Assembly: GCA_963693365.1 (NCBI GenBank)
Contig: CAVNZM010000005.1
Location: 10,377,728-10,441,727 of the forward strand
Source: Amoebidium appalachense
Taxonomy: Eukaryota > Protista > Ichthyosporea
DNA: 64,000 bases
Reading direction: 5' to 3'
The translations under genes and the position numbers were made by a program. The notes beneath the pieces are model-generated. The model did no database searches, was not told the origin of the DNA, and saw only the letters and a list, made by a program, of their open reading frames with translations. Positions 1 through 28,912 of the stretch are shown here, piece by piece (position 1 is the first letter of the stretch; each line of letters starts with the position of its first letter).

Positions 1-1995
1 CAAATTCTGGATCGGATGTTAAAGTAGTTCTTTTACTTTTGAAAAGCGGATGAAGTAATGAGCATGACTCAGTGTGTGGACAGATGGATTCAACCTCGTT
101 GTTTTGGGTCCAGCATAAGGGCTGTAAAATGGAATATATAAACACCGGAATAAATGAATAATGTAAGCTTTTCTGTAGAAGTAAAATAGAAAAAAGAAAA
201 TAAAAAACTGTTTTATTGGCTTTTGAGGAGGAACATTTGTAGCCATGTAGAATGAGCAGCAATAAGCGGTGATCTAAACATTTTCCGCATTTAGCTATAC
301 AATCAACGCCATGATTGGCGATCGACTGCCAGTGGATACCGATGCTCTGAGATCTCATTGTGGAATGTCCCAGTTGCTGTCCTATTGATATTGTAACAGA
401 CCAATAGTTTTTTTTAATATATTATGCACTGCCCTCTAAATTAACAACAAAACAATTAACTTTTAGTGCTATGTTTTTTAATACTAGATCACAGCTTTGT
501 AACAGGCTCCAAGAGCCACATGTTGGCGAATCACGTTAGTTCATTACGTGTTCCGAAAAGGCTTCTTTGTTCCGCCCCGAGTTCCGCCAGCACCCTCGAG
601 GCTCACAAGGCCCAAACAAACACTGGCACGTACTGACGGTGCCTGGGCTGCTATGAACTTGCCGTTCGCCTCACACCCATCTATTTTTCCTTACACTCTC
701 ACGACCGCGTGCATGCTTTCTCTCGCGGCGGGCTCTACGGTCCCGAGAGTCCAGTGTTCGCTGTGTGTGTAAGGAAATATACGAGTCACCTCAAGAGGTG
801 ACAGAAACAAACAACACAAACACAGACATCGAAAGAGAAGAGTATGAATATTCTTACTTTTTTTATTGTTATATAATAACTTTTTTTTTTTGGCGCGCAA
901 AAACTTTATTGCTTTTTATAACGTAAATAAACTCTACCAAGCACACGTCAGCATGCGTCAACCTATGCATTTCGACATTCAATTAATTTGGGCTTATCTT
1001 GTGTCGACCCTTAACTTCAGTGAAGAGAATGGCTTCTTTCATGATCGAGCACGCATGCCGGTGGGCCTAAGGCTCTTCGTACACACAAAAAATCTGTGAA
1101 AACACACAAGCGCATGAATAATCAGTACCAGCACAACATGTACAGTGCACGTGTGTGACCGCACACACGTGCATGCACATGCACAAAAGCTTTGCAAATT
1201 TGGCAACAGTGCCTCAGAATGTTGGCCCAGGGGCTCATAGATTAGGGGTGGGTGCTGGGAGGGGAGGGGGGGGGGGGGGGGGGTCCGGACATCTCGGAAC
1301 ACTAACATGCATGAAATGCACCACACAGTGGCACAAAGGGACGTGATTGCAAGACGTGAAAAGTGCAGGCTTCAAGTAATTTTATTGTTCGAAATATGCA
1401 TTGATAAAAAGGCTATGTCGCATACCGAGAATATATTTATGAAGCTTGGAGAGTATCCACTTTCTCTTCACAAACTGAATCTAATGGAAAACACAGCCAG
1501 GCCACGATTCTGTACATGTGGGCTATGATCCTGCATGCAATTGCAAGCGGAGGCCACAGCCGCATCTTTGTGTCAATGTACTGAGGTAGCTCATACTGCT
1601 ACAGTAAACCCCACATCAACATCTGAAATCAGGCCACACCTGTAACAGAGGCCTCTTAAGAGAAAATCGCAGTAACCGTAACACGCGTAAGTTAAACCTA
1701 GACCCTTCAATATCACTAATAAAACCTATTGTCATTGCTCCCTAGTGGATGGAAAACGTATTGTCATGGATCTATACTAATTATTTGATTTATCATAACC
1801 ATGTAAATCAAGCAAAAGACGGAAGGCCTCGAGAGCAGAAGTAGCAAGCAGGTGCAACTACCTACAGTCGTTTCCCACATAATTTTTACTAGCACCTGCC
1901 CACCCCCCTCCCCGCACCCCCCACCCCCAGACACACACACACACACACACACACATATATCAATGCACGGAAACAAGAGAATATAAACATCTAAA

Positions 1996-19465
<17,470 letters not shown>

Positions 19466-20232
19466 TTCCTCTCAGTAGGGGCCCAGTGCGGACCAGGGAT
19501 GCAGATGTTTAGAAAGATCCGGATGGTGTTCTAACAGAAAAAACCGAATTCTACAAGTCAAAAGGGTCAGCACGCTACAAACCCATGGATATAAGATTAT
19601 ACTCGCTTTATTTCCCTCACTCAAAAAAATTGTGCTTTGACCGTAATACCTGGATTGTCTTCGGGATCTGAGAAATCATAGAAAAGGTAGTTTCCTCCCT
19701 TTGCATGAACACTAAATCTTGCATCAAAAAAAGGGAGCTAGACGTCCAAGCAACTATCAGTACGTCACCGTTTGTGTGGCTTTTTTGGGCGAGAAACAGC
19801 GAGAACATACAGATGCTAAACAACCATACTCTGTGTGTGTTTCGGAGCTTTTCCTACGACACCGATCGACCGGGACTGAAGAAAGCTGGTCGACCGACTG
19901 AACAGCTGGAAGCTGGTATACGTATGCGCAAAAGAGCGCAAAAAATAATAGCAACATAAATTCAGTAAACGATTAACTAATTTGACAGTTGCCACACTTC
20001 CATTTTTTTTCGCCCACACATTCAAAGTAATTTTCTCACTTCGATATGTCGAGATAAAATTTTTGCAAGCCTTATCGGATGGATGTTAGGCTGGCCCTAC
20101 AAAAACTTTGTCACACACAGTGCAGCTGCAGGATCCGGAGAGCCGCATGCATGACCGACGTCGACAAGAAACCGTTTTGGAGAACGAGAGAGGGTATACA
20201 GAGTAGACGATGTGTGTGTGTGCGTGTGTGTA

Positions 20233-20264
<32 letters not shown>

Positions 20265-20316
20265 GAGTGCGTGTGAGTGTGTGTGTGTGGTGTGTGTGTG
20301 TGTGTGTGTGCGTGTG

Positions 20317-20410
<94 letters not shown>

Positions 20411-20435
20411 TGTGTGTGGAATGTGTGTGTGTGTG

Positions 20436-20496
20436 TGTGGGCGTGTGCGTGGGTGGCTGGGTGGCTGGGTGGCTGGGTGGGTAGGCGTGCGCCTGT

Positions 20497-20528
<32 letters not shown>

Positions 20529-20592
20529 GGCGTGTGCTTGGGTGGCTGGGTGGCTGGGTGGCTGGGTGGGTAGGCGTGCGCCTGTGGATTGT
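20436..20592. repeat. Tandem duplication of a unit containing (GGGTGGCT)n, embedded in (GT)n
   Basis: GTGGGCGTGTGC.TGGGTGGCTGGGTGGCTGGGTGGCTGGGTGGGTAGGCGTGCGCCTGTGGATTG appears twice, separated by (GT)n. Confidence 0.8.
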
Positions 20593-20638
20593 GTGTGTGT
20601 ATGTGTGTGCCTGTGTGTGTACGTGTGTGTACGTGTGT

Positions 20639-20702
<64 letters not shown>

Positions 20703-21356
20703 CTAGTGCGCCTGATTCCTCACGGTGTAACCTGTTGTACTGATTGTCTGACTGGGTCTGATATCTCAAAAGTATGAATAAACTGACTTTGATTTATTAT
20801 TATTTTTGCTGTATAATGCATCAATACCAATATCATCCTTTCTTAGTTCAATGGGCCGGGGTAATAACATGCAAGGACCCTCGGTGGTCTGGCAGGTGGG
20901 GGAAAGAAGGGGGGCCGGGGGTGGGGTGGGGTGGTGGTGCTGGTGGTGCTGGTGGGGGGGGGGGGGGCTTGTGGGTACAACGGGGAAGAGTGGGGGGAGG
21001 GGGGAGGGGGGGCAGGGAGGGGAACGGAGGCTGGAGCCGAACCCGGCGATTTTATGTAGGCACCGTTGTGCTTATCCACAGTGGAGACTGAGGCGGGCAC
21101 GCTGGAAACCACCCACGAGCTGACACACACACACACACACAATACACAGACACGTCCACAAACACACAGGCACTATTCCGCACACGCAATCACTCACACA
21201 AACTAATGTGCCCGCAAGTACACTTGTACCTTGGCAACTTTCGGGTCTTTGGAACCAACGTGCCAGGGTGCAGTGAGAGGGGGCTAGGGAGGGACGGGCG
21301 AGGCGAGGGGGCGGGGGGGGGAGAGGGGGAGGGATCAAGGTTCAACCCCTCCCCCC

Positions 21357-21387
<31 letters not shown>

Positions 21388-21401
21388 AAAAAAAAACCAC
21401 T

Positions 21402-21469
<68 letters not shown>

Positions 21470-21617
21470 GACACACACACACCTCCTCCCTTTCTCAAAT
21501 CCTGTTGTTGGCTTGTCATCCCTAAGAATGGGCTTCTTTTTGTGTGTGTGGATCTGCAATGTCACCTTGCAACCTGCATTGTGTTACCCGTCGTGTGTAC
21601 TTCGTACCTAAGCAATA

Positions 21618-21648
<31 letters not shown>

Positions 21649-22543
21649 TCAACACACGCACGCAAACCTTTTACCACATGCTTTGCAATCTGCATTGTGC
21701 TTCCCGTCGTAAGTGCGTGCTTTGTACTATGCAACACAGTCTACGCTCCCCCTCCCCCCCCCCCCCCCCCCCCAACACCACCACCACCGCCACCTTTTTC
21801 TTTCCTTTCCTTTTTTGGTGGTGGGTCGCCTCTCATAAGCTTACCACACTATGAAAGGTCTGTGTGTGTGTTTATGTGTTGAAAGGGGGGGGGGGGGGGG
21901 GGGGAGGGGGGGGGGGGGGGAGGAGGAGGGGGGGGGGGGGGGGGGGGGGGGGGTGCACTTGAAGGCTTTGAAGTTGAACGCTTTGCTGGCCGAAGCGATG
22001 GCGTATCAGACTTCGAACAATTACATAGATCTATTCAGGAATGCCATTGCCAGAACGCGGATAAAACACAAGCGCAAGATCCGCAAATGGCTGTACAGAA
22101 ATTGAGAAGGGGCACCAAAAGGAAGATCTGTGGAATTCTATAAGTTTCACCATATGCATAACAGCGGCTTCATTTACTGACAAAAGACTGCTCGGGTTCC
22201 TTCACTTTTGATTTATGGACTTGTTGTGGGCTTCAAAAGGAGAACAATATCAGTCACGTTTCCTGTATATATTTGATAGTTTGCGGTTTTGGTTGCCTTG
22301 ACACGTGTCACACAAATTGACTGCGGGAAACTGCGTTTGAAGTGTCCAATCAAACGCAGCAGCTTTATCATGCGAATCTACATAGTCGCCCAAAAGTATA
22401 GAGCCAAGATCACAATTTTAAAATGTAATAAAAAGCAAAGATACTTCTTTGAACTTACAATTATTAGATAAGCTGTCCACGCTTTATAATCATGCACGGT
22501 GATAGTTATCTCTATTGATACACGGTGGCACGCGAGCGGCCAG

Positions 22544-22860
22544 CAGGGGTGTGGCAGAGCCTCAATGACTTGACTTGACTTACATTTATAATTGTTTGCT
22601 GGGTTTGGTGACTTGACTTGACTTAGAAGTCGCGACTTCGAAGAATACTATTTTTAGTAACTCCTCCGCCCGGCTGGGCCACGGGCTGAATGATTGCGCC
22701 CCCCCCTTCCCACCCACCCTCCTATGCTTCCCTGCCCCAAGCCCCCCTCCCCCCTTCAAGTCACCCCTATGTTGGGCCTCAGCGTCTTGACTTGACTTGG
22801 TTGAAGTCAGGCGCTTGGTGACTTCAAGTCGTGATTCGAAGTCAAGTCGCCACACCCCTG
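22544..22860. mobile_element. hAT-type MITE (317 bp)
   Basis: Perfect 12-bp TIR CAGGGGTGTGGC/GCCACACCCCTG and perfect 8-bp TSD GCGGCCAG (22536-22543 and 22861-22868). Many internal GACTT/AAGTC pentamers. An 8-bp TSD with CAG termini is characteristic of hAT. Confidence 0.92.
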
Positions 22861-23154
22861 GCGGCCAGCCTACGTGCATGTAGACACACTATTTATTGGC
22901 CAGCCAACAATTGCCTTACGAACACTTTGACTTCTCAAAAATATGTACAGGTAGTTGTCTAATTCTCCCTGCGAACCATCTCAGATCGTAGAGAGAACGC
23001 TGTTCTGTAACCTCTATAGACATAGGTTCTGCTAAAACATAGGATGTAAGTGTGTTTGTCAGTTCTAGCACGGCACACACACGTCGGCCCCTGCAAACCT
23101 AAGTTAGCGCTGGCTGGTGTAATTCGCAAATTAGTTTAGTCACCCTTGTGCATC

Positions 23155-23793
23155 ATGGAACGAAACGAGACGGGTGGGTTTGTGTTGGACAGCGACTCCG
23201 TGGACGTGATAAACGTAGATGATTATGGCAAGTACACTCTATCTTTAGATAGACCTATATACTACGATAATGATGTCGTCAAGGGGACTCTCATCTGCAA
23301 CATGCAGAAACCTCTTTCCTGCAAGAGACTCCGGGCAAGGATTGTTTCTGTGTACAGGTGAGGCAACGGAGCACACAGTCGCACACACCCGCGTTACGCC
23401 ACATACAATTACTACAAGCCTTCTAACTCCCCTCTTGCCTCCCCCTCCTCCCCCCCATCTCCCCCGTAAATTACAACTCCCCACAGGATGGGTTCCACTT
23501 AGACTGCCTACTCATCGTGTGTGTGCTGTTTTGCATAATGTTTGTGTGTGCTGTTTCGCATAATCTGTTTGTGTGTGCGGTTTTGCATTATCTATTTGTA
23601 CGTTCTGTTTTGCGCATTCTGTGTGTGCTGTTTTGCATAGTCTATTTGTATGTGCTGATTTGCATATTCTGTTGTGTGTGCTGATTTGCATATTCTGCCT
23701 TGTGCTGTCCATCGCGAAAGTGAACTTCCTGCATTACGCCTCATACTGCACCCTGTCCCCCCCTCCCCCCCCCCCCCCTCCCCCGCCAACACA

Positions 23794-23845
<52 letters not shown>

Positions 23846-26581
23846 ACCCCACCGCGCCCCCCTCCCCCCCCCCCCGATACAACGCATGGCTTGAGAAGGG
23901 CCCCCTTGGCCACCCCCAGAGAATGGATCCCATGGATGTTGCACCATTAGCCTCTCCCCCCCTCCCGCCTCCCCACCCCCTTCCTCCCCACTTCCCCCCC
24001 CAGATCCCCATTGTGTTGCACAGTCGTGGATGTGTGCCTTGCACTTTCGTAACGCACCATGATATCCTCTCCCAACCCCCCAACAGCACAATCCCATCTG
24101 CGAGCTAAACATGTGTGCAGACGTGTGCTCATGTGCATTTTTTTACTCCCGTGATGCCCACATACACGTTCAGCTCGTTCACTCGTGCACGCACACACGT
24201 ACGCACGCAGGCCACGGCACACGCGCACACAAACAAACACGAACATACACATACACACGCGCGCAGGCACACACACGCATACACGTGCGCACACACGCAT
24301 GCACACTCGCGTGCCCGCACACACACACACATTCACACACACACACACACGCACGCACGCACACCCACCCACACACACACACACACCATCACTTCCTCGT
24401 CCGTGTACATTTGTGGGTGTGGTACCCGAACATTTTACAGTTGCCAACTGCACTACACCTCATCAATTTTTCTTCTATGCATGTACGTTCCTTGATCCTC
24501 GCACGTGACATTTTGATATCTAATCCCTTTCCCTCCCCGAAACCTTACAGCTTGCGTGTAGCTGACACAGCCATCAAGACGGATATCCTTTGGGAGGCCG
24601 AAACAACACTGACTACCAATATGATCCTTCTGCCGCCCTCTGGAACGGAAAACATGCCGCCATCACAAGCTGCTCGAAACGAAACGGAAGGGGCTGAAAC
24701 CCCCGGTGTTTATAATTTCGATTTTTTGTTCCACCTCGATTCGAATATGCCAAACACCTTGCGAACGGAGACGCTAACGTGCGGCACGCTTGCTGTGCGC
24801 ATTTCCTATTATGCCGAGGTGTGGTACGAATCAGACAAACCGGGTAGTTCGAAAGGCCGACACACCGTTGGTTGTGTTCTCATGGCATCTCGGCGGTTTG
24901 TGAAGGTATGTCTCAACGTCTGCCCTACGTGCGAAAAGCAATAACTTCTGACTGCTTGTAGATGCGCTGTGAAGAGTTTGTAAATGGAAAATCAAATGTC
25001 AAACCCCGCACTCCTACAACTCATCGTGTTAGCTGTGGTGAATGTATGCTTTTTTGCCTGTGACGAGTTTTAAAACTTCGTCCCTCCCTCCCCCCCACCC
25101 CCACCCCCACCCCCCTCAAACACACACACAGTACCACAACCACCTGAGCTGCCTGACCTCTATCCCGCCCTTTCTCCGTGCAAAAGAAATGACGCACCCA
25201 CCTACTAACTGTGGTTGTTCGTAACCTCATAGCTCTTACTTCATGGGTACCGTGTTCAGATGATAGTGGTACGTTGTTCACATGATATTTTGGGCTCCTT
25301 ATTGTCTCGGCCACCTCCATCCCCCCCCCTTCCCCACCCCCCCCCCCCAAAAAAAAAAGAAAGAAAGAAAGAAAGAAAAAAAGAAAAGAAAGAAAAGAAA
25401 AAAAGAAAAAAAAATATTTCCCGCCTCCTCTCCCCAAGTTAAACACCCTACGGTATGCCACACACCCGGGCGTGCACATGTTCACACGTCCACCCTCTCA
25501 TCCACAGCTCATCCCTTCTCTCTCTCCTCCCCCCGGCCTTCTCTCCATGTCCCCCTTTTTCTTTTTTCTAACCCTCCCTTTTCGTAACAATCAGGGTGCC
25601 GTGTATGTACCCCAACCAGAAGTGCGACCGCAGGCCAGTCTGTCGAAGACATTGGCGATGTCCGGTCTTTTTGGCGGCCAAAAGGAATCCGTGAGCGTGA
25701 CTGCCACCCTATCAAAAGACGTCTACAGCTGCGGGGAACCAATCGTCGTCATGCTAGACGTGGACGACCAATCAGAAAACGTATGGCAGGTCTCTGCGTG
25801 TATCAGGCAGAAATTCGGCGATCTCCCCACGTCCCAGTCCCCGCCAATCAACACGGTGGAGACGACAAAACCGATTAGCAGGAAGGCGGGTGTCTCCAAG
25901 TATAAGCTTTTGGTCGACGCTGTAATGCATACTTGTTCATGTATGGACCGTAAGTGCGACTTACCTGGGTGCTTGGAGATCGCGCACGTGCCTGCGGATT
26001 CGCACGGGAACGCGGCGACGCTCGTGCCGACGACAATTATTGACCAATCGAACGCGCCGGCAAGGACCGAGGAAGAGGATGTGGTGGGCCACTCTGTAAT
26101 TGAATACGTGATCGAGGTGAAAGTTTCGATCCGGAAGAGCCGGCCCATGTATTTGTGTCTTGGGTTCGTCATGACGAACGACACACTCGTATACACGATG
26201 AACAACCCCTCGTGCAATCAGTCTCCTGGTGACGTCACTGCCGCCGCTGAGGAAAAAGTGATCAAGCGGAGGGTGAGCGAGAGCCGCGCGGCGACGTGGG
26301 TTATGCCTACACCATTCATAAGAGACGGGCTGCCGTCGTATGAGCAGGCGGGAACGGAGGGCGTAGTGGGAGGATTTATGAAATGGTTTGGTTTTGCGCA
26401 AACGGCCGCCATCGCCGGGGCAAACGACTCATCCGAGAATAAGTTGAAAGATGAGGAGGGGTGTGGTGCGCCCCCGTCGTATGATGAGATTGAGTGGTAT
26501 TCGGTGCTGCCTGTGCTTGGGAAGGAGACGGCGAATGTGGCGGTATATGCCCCGGTTGCTCTTAGTGCTGGTGGAATGTGA
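23155..26581 (+). CDS. Alpha-arrestin / arrestin-domain protein with C-terminal PY motifs (~514 aa, 3 exons)
   Basis: Exons 23155-23357, 24551-24905 and 25595-26581 join in frame. Arrestin_N features: [42 protein letters not shown]. Arrestin_C features: [44 protein letters not shown]. Tail motifs LPSY and PPSY. Confidence 0.85.
23518..23700 (+). repeat. Minisatellite of ~25-bp units (TGTGTGCTG(A/T)TTTGCATA..CT)
   Basis: About 7 degenerate units in arrestin intron 1, running directly into a C-tailed repeat core at ~23695-23755. Confidence 0.75.
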
Positions 26582-27702
26582 TTATTTGCCCCACGTCGAT
26601 GAGTATAGAGGGTGGTGAAGCTAGTATGTAGTGTGTTGGTTACTGTGAAAATGGATGGTAATGACTAATTCATTAATAGTAATGCGTGCTTTTTTCTCCC
26701 TTAAGTGGCACAAAGATGAATTGTGTTTGATTACGGGTGTTGTTTCAAGCTTTTCGTTCTGTAATTTTGTACGTTTCCTGCAATCCTTTCTTCCCTCGAT
26801 TGGCTATATATGTAGAAAAGTGAGAAAAAAAGAAAAAATCCGTGTATGATCATGTAACACTACTAAATGCCGTGTATATACATCTGAATGCTGAGCGTAT
26901 GAAAGAATTATTATCAAAGCTATGTCCCCCATGATGGCACGAAATAATTTCGAAAACAGACTTTGTTTTTATTTTTATTTTTATTTTTTTGACAACGTTT
27001 TTCCCCCTCTAAAAACCCAGGACTCGATAGTCACTTCCAATAAGTGCCGTGCTTGTATCAGGGCAGAGTGTGTACCAAGTAAAGCAAAAGCACCCTATTC
27101 ATTTCCTTGATAATGGTTTGCTGTCCGTCCGAGCTTCCAATCTTACACCCAAGATCTCTACAGTACTGTACGTGTCGTGTAAACTACTTCTGTTTTTTTA
27201 TAAAGGGTGTGTGGTGGTGGGGGGGGGGGGGGGGGGGGGGGGGGGCTACGGGAGCTAATTATAAAGCAATAAGTGGCACGATGCTCAGATGATATACACT
27301 ATATTATGATGAAACTCAGCCGTAGCTTATGTTTGAATGCAGGGTAAGGCATCCATAAATCCCTCCCAGAGAATCATTCTCCGGCCGGGCATGCGCACAG
27401 ACAACCTTTCCTCGAGTTGCTGTAAACCAGACTCTGTCAGCCTACCTTTGATATGCAATAAAGCTGGGGCTTAATTTGGCAATTGCAGAACGTCAGACTC
27501 ACTTATCGTGTGCCCGTAGTGTTTGCTCGACGCCCTGATCAGGTTGTACCTGTCCGGGCATATGGTACTGTGACATACCTACACTGTTTGAGACACCGAC
27601 GGTGCACGTATGTATGCATGTGCGTGTGTGTATGCATGCATATGTGCCTGTGGCACTGCGCGTACGTGTGTAGCGGGCGTGTGTGTGTGTTTGTGTGCTT
27701 TA

Positions 27703-27748
<46 letters not shown>

Positions 27749-27873
27749 ACTTCCCCTGTGGGGCCTCCGAGTCCCACCAGGACCCGGCCCCGGTAACCTA
27801 AACACATTGATGGTCGGTACCAATTGCTCCCCCCCCCCCCCCCCCCCCCCCCCCCCCGCGGCCCCGCCCGGCC

Positions 27874-28247
27874 AGGGCCCAACCACATCGGCAGAGTCAA
27901 CTTGCAAAAAGAGCTATTCTGCAAAAGCAGAATTATTGTGCAAAAAGCGGAATAATTCTGCAACAAGCTTAAGCAGAATCATTCTGCTTTCGACAGCTGA
28001 ATAATTCTGCTTTTAGCAGAATAATTCTGCTGTTTGCAGACTGATTCCTCTTTCAGCAGATTGATTCTGCTGTTTGCAGATTGATTCCTCTTTTAGCAGA
28101 GTGATTCTGCTTTTGCCGAATATAATTCTGCTTTTAGCAGATTGATTCTGCTTTTGCAGAACAATTCTGCTTCTAGCAGAATGATTCTGCTTTTTGCAGA
28201 ATAATTCTGTTCGAAGCAAGTTGACTCATCCGATGTGGTTGGGCCCT
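27874..28247. mobile_element. MITE with ~30-bp TIRs filled with palindromic GCAGAATNATTCTGC units
   Basis: AGGGCCCAACCACATCGG..GAGTCAACTTGC at left and GCAAGTTGACTC..CCGATGTGGTTGGGCCCT at right. The interior has about 16 ~20-bp palindromic repeats. No clear TSD. Confidence 0.8.
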
Positions 28248-28754
28248 CCCTCCTCCTCCCTCCGGCCTCCCCCCCCCCCCCCCCCCTCTCCCGCCGTGGA
28301 ACTAGGTGGAAAGCCTTATATTATGCGATTAAATTATAATAATAGCATCATGTTCCCCTCCATCCCTTCAAATCCGGATCCCACCTTCCCTTTTTGCACC
28401 AAACACAAATAGGCATTAATAATCGTTATGACATGGTTCAATAAAGTTCAACAGCTTTTCCCTGGGCGATCATCCCCAGTGTCAACGACATGCTTCAAAA
28501 CAGTGCACGTGCACGTATGGATAGATAGATGGTTTTTTTTGTGCCTGATATATATAAGGGGGTTTACGCTGTTTACTCGAGGCAAAGAGAACCAGTCTCA
28601 GGTATGGGGGGGGGGGGGTTTGCTCGGAATATCCCCTCAGCGGTATATCATGATCACGTACATAGATGTCGGGTGGTGACTATATATCAGGGTTTACTTT
28701 CTCTACGAGACACCATAAAGACTACAAGGAGAAATCAATTAGTTGGGGTTCCCC

Positions 28755-28794
<40 letters not shown>

Positions 28795-28826
28795 GGGCTC
28801 CCCTCGGGACACTCGGTATCAGCTGG

Positions 28827-28891
<65 letters not shown>

Positions 28892-28912
28892 GTGTGTGTG
28901 TGTGCGCGTGCG

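Noticed and set aside
19-800. Short ORFs and exon-like islands at the window start
   Set aside because: No recognisable protein motif or consistent splice chain; they may belong to a gene outside the window.
27905-28215. CRISPR-like array of palindromic repeats
   Set aside because: Linkers are only 4-9 nt with no unique spacers, there are no cas genes, the context is eukaryotic, and the array is enclosed by TIRs.
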